Notes under the pieces: generated by a model
Seen by the model: only the letters and a program-made list of their open reading frames with translations
Databases searched by the model: none
What the model was told of the DNA's origin: nothing
Shown: positions 1 to 9,649 of the stretch, one piece after another
Layout of the letters: the number at the start of each line of letters is the position of its first letter
Numbering within the stretch: the first letter of the stretch is position 1
Source of the DNA: an uncultured Clostridia bacterium
GTDB taxonomy: Bacteria > Bacillota > Clostridia > Tissierellales > Dethiosulfatibacteraceae
DNA length: 64,000 nucleotides
Direction of reading: 5' to 3'
NCBI GenBank assembly: GCA_964539975.1
Contig: CAZIKK010000002.1
Location: forward strand, 129,282-193,281
Translations under genes and position numbers: made by a program

Positions 1-1148
1 AATAGTTCAGCGTAGCCTTTAATGGATGTAAGTGGCGTTTTTAATTCATGCGTCACATTTGTGACAAATTCTTTTCTAACATTTTCTAGCCTTTTTACAT
101 CCGTTATGTCTTCTGATAACAAGACCACACCATCTTTAAATTCATTAAATAATCCTTCGTTCCTAAAAATATTGAATCTATAGACACTGCTTCCCTGTTC
201 AAATTCGAATGAGTTTTCTCCACTGCCCTCATAAAAGCAATCAATAAACTTCATCAAATCAAAATGTCTGAAAGCTTCAATAAAGTGTCTTCCGATAACT
301 TCTTTTTCCGTTGCATTTAGAAAGTTTTCGGCAGACTTGTTAATGTATGCGACTTTTTTTTGACGATCAAGTACGATGACTGGGCTTAAGATGCTAGATA
401 GAATTGAACTATAATTATGATTTGATTGCGTTAATTTCTCCACCCTTTGTTTTTGAGATGAGGCCATTGCGTTAATCTGCATGCATAACTCATTGAACTC
501 GTTGTCCATTGTACAGATTAATGATTCTCCATAATAACCTTTGGTTAATCTTTTGATTGCGTTAATCATTAACTCAGATGTTTTTGTGAAATCATTGGAA
601 AGTTTTGTGGCAAAAAAAACAGCTAGACCAATCATTAGAATAAAAATCATTGCTATTTCATCAATAAATCTGTTGGCATAGCTATAAATATTTTCCATGG
701 GAAAAGCCACCCTAGCAACGCTTAGTTGGGTGTGCGACGTTTCCAAAGGCAACGCTATATACATCATTTGTTTTCCTAAGCTATTACTAAACCGTATCGT
801 CCGTCCTTTTTTTCCTTCCATAGCAAATTGGATTTCTTCTCTATCTCCATGATTTTCTAAAAAACTTGTGTCAAAAGATGAATCATAGAGAACTTTCCCA
901 TCTCGCCCTATAATAGACACCCTAAGTCCTTCCTCATACCGATGTTGAAAAACATCGGTCAAAAGTGTATCGTACTCATCAGTTTCTATCTGCTCCAACA
1001 GTGAAACCACCATCTTTGCGTCTGTTGTAATTTTTCCCTCTACTTCTTCTGCGTAGTTGTTTCGCAAGCGAAAAATAAATAGGAAATAAATCGCAACCGT
1101 TGTTATCAACGCTATTGTACAAAAATAAAAAAGAAGTTTTCTTTTCAT
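1..1148 (-). CDS. sensor histidine kinase, N-terminal ~382 codons (3' end runs off the window)
   Basis: My own translation of the minus strand from ATG at 1148 (overlapping the regulator stop, TAATG) stays open to base 1. It gives MKRKLLFYFCTIALITTVAIYFLF (TM1), a second hydrophobic segment IAMIFILMIGLAVFFA, a HAMP/PAS-like linker, and the H-box VTHELKTPLTSIKGYAEL at bases 1-56. It is absent from the ORF track because no stop lies in the window. Confidence 0.85.
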   Translation of the reverse strand, partial: MKRKLLFYFCTIALITTVAIYFLFIFRLRNNYAEEVEGKITTDAKMVVSLLEQIETDEYDTLLTDVFQHRYEEGLRVSIIGRDGKVLYDSSFDTSFLENHGDREEIQFAMEGKKGRTIRFSNSLGKQMMYIALPLETSHTQLSVARVAFPMENIYSYANRFIDEIAMIFILMIGLAVFFATKLSNDFTKTSELMINAIKRLTKGYYGESLICTMDNEFNELCMQINAMASSQKQRVEKLTQSNHNYSSILSSILSPVIVLDRQKKVAYINKSAENFLNATEKEVIGRHFIEAFRHFDLMKFIDCFYEGSGENSFEFEQGSSVYRFNIFRNEGLFNEFKDGVVLLSEDITDVKRLENVRKEFVTNVTHELKTPLTSIKGYAEL

Positions 1149-1831
1149 TATCGAATTTTGTACCCCACACCTCGAATCGTCTCAATGTACTCATTTTCTT
1201 CATCAAAACATCCGATTTTTTTTCTCAAGTGACGAACATGCACATCTACTGTCCTAGTCTCTCCGAAGTAATCGTATCCCCAAACCAAATCTAATAACTC
1301 ATCTCTTGTGTAAACCTTTCCCCTGTTTAATGCAAGTAACTTAAGTAACTCAAATTCCTTCAATGTCAATGTCACTTCATGTCGATTCACGAAAACCATG
1401 TGTTCTTTTATATTTAACTCCAAATTTCTTATGATAATTAGTTGGTCATTTTTATCTCTTTCTACCCTTCTTAGCTGTGATTTAACTCTTGCCAACAATT
1501 CTTTTGTGCTAAATGGCTTAGTCACATAATCATCTGCTCCCATTTCTAATCCGTGAACTTTGTCGTGTTCCGTCCCTTTTGCTGTCAACATGATTACAGG
1601 CAAATCCTTATGCGTATCATCTCTTCTTATAAATCTACATACTTCTATCCCATCAATCCCTGGAAGCATTAAATCTATTATAGCCAAATCAATCAGCTGG
1701 ACTTTCCTTAACAATTCAATAGCTTCATTTCCATCAGAGGCTGTTAAAACACTATACTGATTCATTTCAAGATTGATTTTAATTAATTCGCGTATGTTTT
1801 TTTCATCGTCCACCACTAACACTGTATGCAT
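1148..1831 (-). CDS. OmpR/PhoB-family response regulator
   Basis: Receiver domain (VLVVDDE, IDLMLPGIDG, TKPF) plus winged-helix output (RTVDVHVRHLRKKI, RGVGYKI). GGAGG sits 7 nt before the ATG at 1831, so I prefer that start over the track start at 1837. Confidence 0.93.
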   Translation of the reverse strand: MHTVLVVDDEKNIRELIKINLEMNQYSVLTASDGNEAIELLRKVQLIDLAIIDLMLPGIDGIEVCRFIRRDDTHKDLPVIMLTAKGTEHDKVHGLEMGADDYVTKPFSTKELLARVKSQLRRVERDKNDQLIIIRNLELNIKEHMVFVNRHEVTLTLKEFELLKLLALNRGKVYTRDELLDLVWGYDYFGETRTVDVHVRHLRKKIGCFDEENEYIETIRGVGYKIR

Positions 1832-1870
1832 AAACATGCCTCCAAATTTAAAGCTGTATTACAGGTCTTG

Positions 1871-2326
1871 TTATTCTTTGTTGATAATTTTCTTCAATTC
1901 TTCCATGAACGTATTGATATCTTTGAACTGTCTATAGACAGAAGCAAATCTAACATAAGCCACATCGTCTAAAATCTTTAATTCTTCCATCACTAGCTCT
2001 CCGATGTGGTCAGTGGTTATTTCATTCTCCATTGTGTTTTGCAACTTTTTTTCTATATTATCGACAATTCGTTCAATTTCTATCAGTGCTACTGGTCTTT
2101 TTTGGCATGCCTTTATGATCCCGTTTAAGATCTTTGTCCGATCAAAAACTTCTCTAGTCTTATCCTTCTTCACCACCATCATTTGAATGTTTTCAATCTT
2201 CTCATATGTCGTGAATCTTTTACCACACTTAATACACTCTCTTCGTCTTCTGATGGTTTGTCCTTCTTCTGTTGGCCTTGTATCGATTACTTTTGTTTCT
2301 TCGAATTCACAAAATGGGCATCTCAT
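1871..2326 (-). CDS. nrdR: transcriptional repressor NrdR
   Basis: Zn-ribbon MRCPFC...[12 protein letters not shown] followed by an ATP-cone; length 151 aa is typical. Confidence 0.95.
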   Translation of the reverse strand: MRCPFCEFEETKVIDTRPTEEGQTIRRRRECIKCGKRFTTYEKIENIQMMVVKKDKTREVFDRTKILNGIIKACQKRPVALIEIERIVDNIEKKLQNTMENEITTDHIGELVMEELKILDDVAYVRFASVYRQFKDINTFMEELKKIINKE

Positions 2327-2344
2327 AAGCTATCCTTTCAAACA

Positions 2345-2369
2345 TAAAAAGAACTGAATCAATCAGCTC
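2345..2369 (-). terminator. candidate intrinsic terminator downstream of ftsZ
   Basis: The minus strand reads GAGCTGA-TTGA-TTCAGTTC (7-bp stem with one G-U) followed by TTTTT, 13 nt after the ftsZ stop. Confidence 0.45.
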
Positions 2370-2381
2370 AATTTATTGTCT

Positions 2382-3491
2382 TCATTCCTTTTCAAATCTA
2401 ATTTTGTCATCTGACTTTATAAAACTTGGAATATCTAGGTTCCAAGATGGCTTCTTTATAAAACCATCCTCTCCACTTCTTTCATCGTCTGTTTTGCTGT
2501 TGATCTCTGCCTTATTGAACTCTTTTTGTTTGGGACTCTGCTCCGAAAAGCCTGTTGCTATAACAGTTACTTTAATTGAGTCGCCTAAACTTTCCTCTAT
2601 ATTTGCGCCGAAAATAATATTCGCCTCTGGATCAGCTGATTCTGTAATCAACCTTGCTGCATCATTGATTTCATGAAGTGCGATATCTGATCCGCCTGTA
2701 ATATTGATTAGCACACCTCTAGCTCCATTGATTGAAGTTTCGAGCAATGGGCTCTTTATTGCTTGTTTTGCAGCATTTACTGATCGATTATCCCCAGTGG
2801 CATATCCTATTCCCATATGAGCAAGCCCTTGCCCTTTCATGATGGTTTTTACATCTGCAAAATCAAGATTAATGACAGCTGGAATCGCTATCAAGTCTGA
2901 TATCCCTTGAATTCCTTGTTTTAAAACATCATCCGCAATGTCAAATGCTTCCAATAAAGTTGCTTTTTTGTCTGTGATTTCCAAAAGTTTATCGTTTGGT
3001 ATGATAATAATTGTATCCACAGATTTACTCAATTCTTCAATTCCTAGCTTTGCATTTTCCATTCTCTTTTTCCCTTCAAACATAAAGGGTTTTGTCACAA
3101 CTGCAACAGTCAAAATATTTTGCTGTTTAGATAGTTGTGCAATGTAAGGCGCTGCACCTGTTCCTGTCCCACCACCCATTCCAGCAGTAATAAAGACCAT
3201 ATCAGTTTCTTCTAATACTTCTTGTATTTCTCCTTTACTTTCTTCTGCGGCTTTTAATCCAATTTCCGGATTAGATCCTGCCCCCAGACCATTAGTAAGT
3301 TTTTCGCCTATCTGTATCCTATTATCAGATTTTGAATTTATAAGAGCTTGCTTATCTGTGTTAACAGCAATAAATGAGATGCCCTTCACATCGGCATCAA
3401 TCATTCTGTTTATTGCATTGTTCCCTCCACCGCCAACTCCAATAACTTTTATCTTCGCTAATCCAACAGGGTCTACATCGAATTCAAACAT
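2382..3491 (-). CDS. ftsZ: cell division GTPase FtsZ
   Basis: [13 protein letters not shown] and tubulin signature [12 protein letters not shown]; conserved C-terminal peptide DIPSFIK. Confidence 0.98.
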   Translation of the reverse strand: MFEFDVDPVGLAKIKVIGVGGGGNNAINRMIDADVKGISFIAVNTDKQALINSKSDNRIQIGEKLTNGLGAGSNPEIGLKAAEESKGEIQEVLEETDMVFITAGMGGGTGTGAAPYIAQLSKQQNILTVAVVTKPFMFEGKKRMENAKLGIEELSKSVDTIIIIPNDKLLEITDKKATLLEAFDIADDVLKQGIQGISDLIAIPAVINLDFADVKTIMKGQGLAHMGIGYATGDNRSVNAAKQAIKSPLLETSINGARGVLINITGGSDIALHEINDAARLITESADPEANIIFGANIEESLGDSIKVTVIATGFSEQSPKQKEFNKAEINSKTDDERSGEDGFIKKPSWNLDIPSFIKSDDKIRFEKE

Positions 3492-3542
3492 AATAAACCT
3501 CCCCTTTTGTTATATATTAGTATAGCATATTGCCTTTCAATT

Positions 3543-3881
3543 TCAATTTATTTTGTCGTATTTGATCACCTTTTTAACAATGATATTAAAGTCATTGAAT
3601 ATTCTCAACCCAAAAGATAATACGATTGCTAAATAAAGAGATATCCCTAGTTTCTCTCCAATATACGCGAGCAAACATGCAAAAGCTATCTCTGACCCAA
3701 TTAATATCGCTTCCTTATACAATGGAAAGTTCATGTCTTCGTTCTTGATGATTCTAAGTAAGCTTTGAATCAAAATTAATATAATTAGTGTTATGTAAAT
3801 GGTAAACGTTGCTGCGTAGGTGAAATTTAAAACAAATCCAATCAATAGTCCAATTATTAAACCAATTATTGCAAAAATCAT
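3543..3881 (-). CDS. sbp: small basic membrane protein (Sbp/DUF1290-like)
   Basis: 112-aa multi-TM protein. It occupies the position of B. subtilis sbp (divIB-ylxW-ylxX-sbp-ftsA-ftsZ synteny). Family assignment is from memory and not HMM-verified. Confidence 0.7.
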   Translation of the reverse strand: MIFAIIGLIIGLLIGFVLNFTYAATFTIYITLIILILIQSLLRIIKNEDMNFPLYKEAILIGSEIAFACLLAYIGEKLGISLYLAIVLSFGLRIFNDFNIIVKKVIKYDKIN

Positions 3882-3896
3882 AATTCACATCCTCTT

Positions 3897-4574
3897 TTAA
3901 TCACTATACTTTGGTATTAAGATAAAATCGCTTTTCATTGTTTCTATTTCTAATCCATAAGATTCTCTGAGATTGTAAGCGTAAGTATGTGGCGCATTTA
4001 AAGCTGCAAACAGTTGATCTTTGTTCCCAATTGCCTTTATAATGAAAGGTGCTCCTACGCCTTCCCCATTAATTCTTATCAGTGGACCAATACAAATAAT
4101 TTCTGTTTTCGATAGAATCCTTTTGCCATTAATGGAAATAGCTTCGGCTCCAGAATTGATCAAATCATTTAGAATCATGGCAATATCAACATCATGTACA
4201 AGATCAAAATTTATATTCCGCTGTGTTTCTTCCAAGTTATCTGCTAATCGAACAAGAATGCCCTCTCCAATAACGTTTGTATAACCGGCCACCGCTTTTG
4301 TTTTAAATATTTCATCTCTAAGAAAAGCTTGCATGTCTTCATCATTGTCCTTCAACATTTCATATCTGTTTAATTCGTTTCCACTTGATCGAATCAACGC
4401 TTTTAGTCCCACTATATCTTTTTTTGTTGCGTCTAACTCATTTGAAAGGGTGGCAACCGTGTTAATGTTGATGAATGCATAAGTTTTTGCATCATTTTTC
4501 ATTTGCAAACTAAGAAGCAAACCTATTAGTAGCGCTAAAATCAGAATATTTGCTTTTTTATCAAATCTCATCAA
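3897..4574 (-). CDS. DUF881 (YlxW/YlxX-like) division-cluster protein
   Basis: N-terminal TM, coiled segment, then a C-terminal block GAEAISINGKRI...IRINGEGV. It is a paralog of the next ORF and its position matches the ylxW/ylxX genes. Confidence 0.8.
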   Translation of the reverse strand: MMRFDKKANILILALLIGLLLSLQMKNDAKTYAFININTVATLSNELDATKKDIVGLKALIRSSGNELNRYEMLKDNDEDMQAFLRDEIFKTKAVAGYTNVIGEGILVRLADNLEETQRNINFDLVHDVDIAMILNDLINSGAEAISINGKRILSKTEIICIGPLIRINGEGVGAPFIIKAIGNKDQLFAALNAPHTYAYNLRESYGLEIETMKSDFILIPKYSD

Positions 4575-4600
4575 ATCTCATCCTTAAACTATTATAATGC

Positions 4601-5308
4601 TTATTCATAAGGTTGCGCATAGCGAAACTCAAACGTTTTTATTTGACGTTGGATTTCCATCTCTTCAACTAGCCTTATATCAACTTGGAAGTTTAAGTTT
4701 TTCATCTCCCATATGGCGCCTCCTTTGAAGTTCAAAACCGATTCTAAAGTTTGCGTGTTACCAATCGCTTTAATTTCGATTGGTGGTATCATAGAAACAC
4801 CATTAATGTTTAAATGGCTACCGACAGGCACAATCTCTGTATAATTTGTATGCCGTTGTCCATTAATGGATATTGCTTCTGCACCAGCTGCATTCAAATT
4901 GCTGATCACCAACAAAATGTATTCATAGTTGTAAATCAGGTTGTTTGTATACTCACCAAACTGGTTTTCCAAAGGTGGATTATCTAACACAACCACAACA
5001 CCTGGTCCTTTGACATCAGTATACCCTGCCATTTGTCTAAATTTTGCTAACTCATCGCTTAGCGTCTTGACATATACACTTTCTTCTGCTGCGTCACTTT
5101 CATATTCTCTTAAGCGCCTTTCCAGCTCATTCAAATCAGCAATTAATTGAACTTTTTCTTCATTTGCCTGCTTTAACTCACTGGTAAGCTGGTTCACTCT
5201 TTGTGAGAAAACAATCCCATCAGCTGTATCTCTCACCAATTGATATTGAAAAGCCAACACTAGTCCAAGTGTTATGCTAAGAAGCAGAATAAATACTCTA
5301 TTCTTCAA
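4601..5308 (-). CDS. DUF881 (YlxW/YlxX-like) division-cluster protein
   Basis: Same architecture as 3897-4574 (TM, coiled coil LTSELKQANEEKVQLIADLNELERRL, GAEAISINGQR...LNINGVS). Confidence 0.8.
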   Translation of the reverse strand: MKNRVFILLLSITLGLVLAFQYQLVRDTADGIVFSQRVNQLTSELKQANEEKVQLIADLNELERRLREYESDAAEESVYVKTLSDELAKFRQMAGYTDVKGPGVVVVLDNPPLENQFGEYTNNLIYNYEYILLVISNLNAAGAEAISINGQRHTNYTEIVPVGSHLNINGVSMIPPIEIKAIGNTQTLESVLNFKGGAIWEMKNLNFQVDIRLVEEMEIQRQIKTFEFRYAQPYE

Positions 5309-6068
5309 ACCTTACCTCCGAATTATCAAGCTCAAAATAAACTGGGTGTTCACCTTTCGTAAAATCAATCAACCCATTCAAACTTTGATTACTGTTTATT
5401 CTATCATTTATAATCTCTCTGGTAAATAAAATTTGATATCTCATGTCTGCATTATGGTTTAACTTGACTATTACATCATTGTTCGTAAACGCGTATACCG
5501 CATCTTCAGTAATTTCAATCTTCGAAACATAATCAAAATCATTGATTGTAATATAATAAACAAGCTCAACGATCTTATTAAAGTCAAATTCTTCATTCTT
5601 TAAGTGAATAGGTTCTCCGAGTGTAACCTGAGTCAAACCAATAGCTTCAATCATAAATAAATCATCGTGTGGCGCATTGTCGTGTTCAATAGCCACTCCT
5701 TCAAAATCAATTAATGTCGTCTCCTCTCCCGTTTTTACCTGTGCTCCCACAGTTCTTTCAGTTATTTGAATTCTAAGCGTATTCGGCAGTCGTTTGCTAA
5801 CTTCTACAGTCTTGACAAATATACCTTTCTCTACTCTCTTTGCAATTGTATCATTGTTAATGAAGATAAGATTCTCACCCGAAATCACGCCGCTCAAATT
5901 TAGAATTTCGTTCTCGTCCATTTTTTTATGCCCTAAAACCTCAACTTCTCTTACCTCAAACACATTGGTATAAGAAATAATGTAAAAAGCACTAAATATG
6001 GCCATTAGAATAAATATGAGGTTGAATACAACTCTAATTGCTTTTTTTTTCTTCTTGTTTTTACTCAT
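5298..6068 (-). CDS. ftsQ: cell division protein FtsQ/DivIB
   Basis: Lys-rich N-terminus, single TM, POTRA-like segment (FEVREVEVLGHKKMDENEI) and FtsQ-type C-domain; sits between murG and the DUF881 genes. Confidence 0.85.
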   Translation of the reverse strand: MSKNKKKKKAIRVVFNLIFILMAIFSAFYIISYTNVFEVREVEVLGHKKMDENEILNLSGVISGENLIFINNDTIAKRVEKGIFVKTVEVSKRLPNTLRIQITERTVGAQVKTGEETTLIDFEGVAIEHDNAPHDDLFMIEAIGLTQVTLGEPIHLKNEEFDFNKIVELVYYITINDFDYVSKIEITEDAVYAFTNNDVIVKLNHNADMRYQILFTREIINDRINSNQSLNGLIDFTKGEHPVYFELDNSEVRFEE

Positions 6069-7179
6069 TGTTAGGTAAACATTCCTTTATTGTTGACAAT
6101 ATTAACTCATTTGTCTTGTCTCGACCCATTTTTCTCATATTTCTTTTCATCTCAAAATATTTGTTCGTATTATGTTTCATTATTGTGATCATATTGAATA
6201 TTGCCTCACCTGTTACTTCGTTTTCAGTGAGGACAAATGCAGCGCCTGACTTTTCAAAGCTTCTGGCATTTTTTTCCTGATGATTTTCTGCCGTATATGC
6301 TTTAGGTATAAGCAAGGCTGGGATACCCAAAGTTGCTATTTCTGTTAAAGTAAGGGCACCCCCACTGCCTATAATAAAATCACATGCATTTAAAGCAACG
6401 TGTGCTTCGTGCATATAATCGACAATTCTAATGTGTTCAGGTATTTCATTTGTCATTTGCTCCTTAAGACTTTTCATAAATCTATTATACAATCTTTTCC
6501 CTGTCACATGAATCAATTTTATGTTTTGATCATTCTCGATTAGTTTAATCAACTGAAGAATACCATTGTTTAAACTTAATTGACCTCCACTGCCTCCAAA
6601 AGAATATACCAAAAAATCATCTTTTGAGCAGCGAAGTATTTTTCTGCTCTCTATTCTATCTATAGAAAATATATCTTTTCTTAATGGATTTCCTGTCAGA
6701 ATAATTTTTTTTGCATGCGTAAGATGGTTTTTGGATTCCTCAAAGCTTATCATAACCGCATCTGCAATTCTAGATAATAATTTATTTGTAATACCTGGAT
6801 AAGCATTTTGTTCGTGAATAATCAAGGGTTTTGAGCATAACTTTCCTGCCAAAAGCACGGGACCTGAAACAAATCCTCCTGTTCCAATAATTAGACTTGG
6901 ATCTTCTTTTCTGATTATTTGTAATGCTTGGAAAACTCCGATTATATTATGTATGATTGTTTTTACATTGCTTAGCGAAAAAATTCTCCGACTTAAATAT
7001 CCTGTTGAAATTGTTTTATATCTCAAACCTTTCTTTGGGACAAGTTCACTTTCTAAACTATTCTTTGACCCAATATACACTATCTCTATTTTTGAATCAT
7101 AGTCGCCAATTATGTCTGCGATAGCAAGAGCAGGTGATATATGTCCACCTGTGCCTCCTCCTGAAATTATAATTCTCAT
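6061..7179 (-). CDS. murG: UDP-GlcNAc:lipid I GlcNAc transferase MurG
   Basis: MRIIISGGGTGGHISPALA N-terminus and GT28 C-domain (GSGGALTLTEIATLGIPALLIP). Confidence 0.96.
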   Translation of the reverse strand: MRIIISGGGTGGHISPALAIADIIGDYDSKIEIVYIGSKNSLESELVPKKGLRYKTISTGYLSRRIFSLSNVKTIIHNIIGVFQALQIIRKEDPSLIIGTGGFVSGPVLLAGKLCSKPLIIHEQNAYPGITNKLLSRIADAVMISFEESKNHLTHAKKIILTGNPLRKDIFSIDRIESRKILRCSKDDFLVYSFGGSGGQLSLNNGILQLIKLIENDQNIKLIHVTGKRLYNRFMKSLKEQMTNEIPEHIRIVDYMHEAHVALNACDFIIGSGGALTLTEIATLGIPALLIPKAYTAENHQEKNARSFEKSGAAFVLTENEVTGEAIFNMITIMKHNTNKYFEMKRNMRKMGRDKTNELILSTIKECLPNNE

Positions 7180-7192
7180 ATGCTCCCCACTC

Positions 7193-8296
7193 TCATATCG
7201 AATTTTTCGATATATTTAATAGAATACCTATAGATGCCATATTAATTAATAAAGAAGTCCCTCCTGCACTTATAAACGGCAAAACAATCCCTGTTGGCGG
7301 CATAGAAGACGTTACCACAGCTATGTGAACAAGGGCTTGAATTCCAATCAATGACGTAATCCCAATAGCCAGAAAGGCACCAAAAGCATCCTTTGCATTG
7401 ATGGCTATTCTAAAACCTCTCCACATAATAACCACATAAAAAATCATCACAATAAAACCACCAATAAAGCCTAACTCTTCTCCAATAATCGAAAAAATAA
7501 AGTCATTATATGCCAAAGGTATATAAAAGAACTTCTGTCTGCTTTGTCCCAGCCCCATTCCAAACAATCCGCCTGTTCCTAATGCATATAGCGACTGAAC
7601 CACTTGCCAGCCATAAGAGTCCATATATTTAAAAGGATCTAAAAAACTAACAATTCGGATGGTTCGATAAGGTTCATTGATAATGAGATATGCGATTAAA
7701 GCACTTCCAGTCGAGATTGTCATCAATATATGCAACAGATTTCCACCTGCTACCATGTACATGAAACCCAGTGTCAAAGCCATTACAAAGCTAGTACTTA
7801 AATCATTTTGAATAGCAATAGTTCCAGCAAAAAAAATAATCAAAAATAAGATGGGTAAATATCCTTTTGTAAATCTTTTTATATGCCCTTGGTGCTTTTC
7901 AAGATAATAGGCCATAAACATGACCGCAGCTATTTTGATAATATCGGATGGTTGTATGTTTAACCCTCCAATCTCAATCCACCTTTGAGCACCATACGCC
8001 TCTGTTCCATATGTTGTAAACAGTGATAACGTGGCTAAAATAGCCAAAAATAAAACCAGTTTATTTAGTTTCCGGTATATTCTATAGTCAACAAACGAGG
8101 CACCGATCATTACAACCAATCCAGCAACACCTGCATATATTTGTTTTCTAAGAAAAAAGAACCCATCACCATGAAAATGGTAATAACCTTCAGGATAACT
8201 TGCACTATACACCATCACAAGTCCAAATAATACCATCACCAACGTTGACAAAAACAATACCCAATCAACTGATCTTCTATGATCCATTGAAATCAC
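7193..8296 (-). CDS. ftsW: SEDS peptidoglycan polymerase FtsW/SpoVE family
   Basis: About 10 TM segments, SEDS motifs (YALGTGGLFGMGLGQS, PFISAGGTSLL); located between murD and murG. Confidence 0.92.
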   Translation of the reverse strand: MISMDHRRSVDWVLFLSTLVMVLFGLVMVYSASYPEGYYHFHGDGFFFLRKQIYAGVAGLVVMIGASFVDYRIYRKLNKLVLFLAILATLSLFTTYGTEAYGAQRWIEIGGLNIQPSDIIKIAAVMFMAYYLEKHQGHIKRFTKGYLPILFLIIFFAGTIAIQNDLSTSFVMALTLGFMYMVAGGNLLHILMTISTGSALIAYLIINEPYRTIRIVSFLDPFKYMDSYGWQVVQSLYALGTGGLFGMGLGQSRQKFFYIPLAYNDFIFSIIGEELGFIGGFIVMIFYVVIMWRGFRIAINAKDAFGAFLAIGITSLIGIQALVHIAVVTSSMPPTGIVLPFISAGGTSLLINMASIGILLNISKNSI

Positions 8297-9638
8297 CTAT
8301 TGATTGAACTATTTCTTTAAATGCTTCTCCTCTTTCCATGTAATCATTGAACATATCCCAACTTGCACAAGCAGGTGATAACAATACAATCTCACCTGAT
8401 TTGGCATGCTTGACACTGACTTCAACCGCTTCTTTCAGTGTCTTTGCTCGATGAAAAGAGCTGTATCCTCTTGATGTCATTTGTTTTATGATCCGATCGG
8501 AGGCTTCTCCTATGACACTAACACTCCTTACTTTATCTCCAAAAGCTCTTATTAAATTATGGTAAGATTCTCCTTTATCATAGCCACCCAAAATTAAATG
8601 AATAGGTTTGTCAAAACTTGCTAAAGCTCTCAATGTCGCGTTGGTATTCGTACCTTTTGAATCATTATAATACGCTACGCCATTTATATTTTTTACAAAC
8701 TCAAGCCTGTGGGCCACTCCATTAAATGACTTTAATGTCTTGACAATAATTGATTTATCCACACCCAATAAATAAGCTGCTAGAGATGCCCCTAAAGCAT
8801 TTTCAAGATTATGGGAACCTGGCATTTTAATATCGTCAACATGGCAAAGATGAGTTGGAGAATCAATCTTTATATAAATTTTGTTGTCTTGGACATAAAT
8901 TCCTGAACCTTGATAATAAGATAAAGAAAAATAGTTTCTTTTCCCTTTGCCAAAACTTGGGTAATCCCTCAAAATCTCATCGTCGTAGTTCAAAATGTGA
9001 CAATCACTTGGTAATTGGTTGATTAAAATTTTTGATTTGTCAGCCTTGTATTCCTCGAAACTTCCATGCCAGTCTAAGTGGTCTGGTGTTATGTTCGTGA
9101 TAATGGCTATGTTTGATCGAAAAGAAGATGTATTCGCCAATTGAAAAGAACTCAACTCTATAACTGCAACGCTTTCTTCGTCGGCGCAACAATAGTCCCA
9201 AATAACACCGGAACCAATATTTCCCGTAACAAAACTTTTAACATCGCCATTTTTTAACATCTCGCCCAATAATGATGTCGTCGTTGTTTTTCCGTTAGTT
9301 CCAGTAATCGCCACTGATTTTATATCTTTCCTCATCCTGTAAGCATATTCAATGTCTGATAAGATAGAGATTTTCTCAGCTACAGCACGTTCTATCAATG
9401 GGTCGTTTGGTTTGATTCCTGGACTTTTAATAATTAACTCATACGCACTCAAATCTGTTGGTGCGTCCACTGATAAAAACTCAACTTTATCTATACCGTT
9501 TTCAGTAGCAATCCCCTGTAATTTACTCTCTGAAAGTCTATCTATTACTTTGAATGGGGTTTTATTCGCACTTAATGCTTTAGCTGCCGCTATCCCTGAA
9601 ACTCCAAATCCATAGATTAAAACTGGTTTTTTACTCAT
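8277..9638 (-). CDS. murD: UDP-MurNAc-L-Ala:D-Glu ligase MurD
   Basis: GFGVSGIAAAKAL Rossmann start and P-loop TGTNGKTTT. GAGGGGTG lies 5 nt before the ATG at 9638 (MSKKPVLIYG). The 22 upstream codons of the track ORF overlap mraY and are probably not translated. Confidence 0.93.
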   Translation of the reverse strand: MSKKPVLIYGFGVSGIAAAKALSANKTPFKVIDRLSESKLQGIATENGIDKVEFLSVDAPTDLSAYELIIKSPGIKPNDPLIERAVAEKISILSDIEYAYRMRKDIKSVAITGTNGKTTTTSLLGEMLKNGDVKSFVTGNIGSGVIWDYCCADEESVAVIELSSFQLANTSSFRSNIAIITNITPDHLDWHGSFEEYKADKSKILINQLPSDCHILNYDDEILRDYPSFGKGKRNYFSLSYYQGSGIYVQDNKIYIKIDSPTHLCHVDDIKMPGSHNLENALGASLAAYLLGVDKSIIVKTLKSFNGVAHRLEFVKNINGVAYYNDSKGTNTNATLRALASFDKPIHLILGGYDKGESYHNLIRAFGDKVRSVSVIGEASDRIIKQMTSRGYSSFHRAKTLKEAVEVSVKHAKSGEIVLLSPACASWDMFNDYMERGEAFKEIVQSIGDFNGS

Positions 9639-9649
9639 AAATACACCCC

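Noticed and set aside
979-1294. 75-aa and 64-aa ORFs at the kinase/regulator junction
   Set aside because: They are out-of-frame overlaps of the response regulator C-terminus and of the histidine kinase N-terminus, which I translated as open to the window edge.
6042-6050. T9 (A9 on the coding strand) homopolymer in the Lys-rich N-terminus of ftsQ, considered as a slipped-strand phase-variation site
   Set aside because: It encodes a KKKKK tract typical of FtsQ/DivIB cytoplasmic tails. Such runs are common in AT-rich genomes, and phase variation of an essential division gene is implausible without population data.
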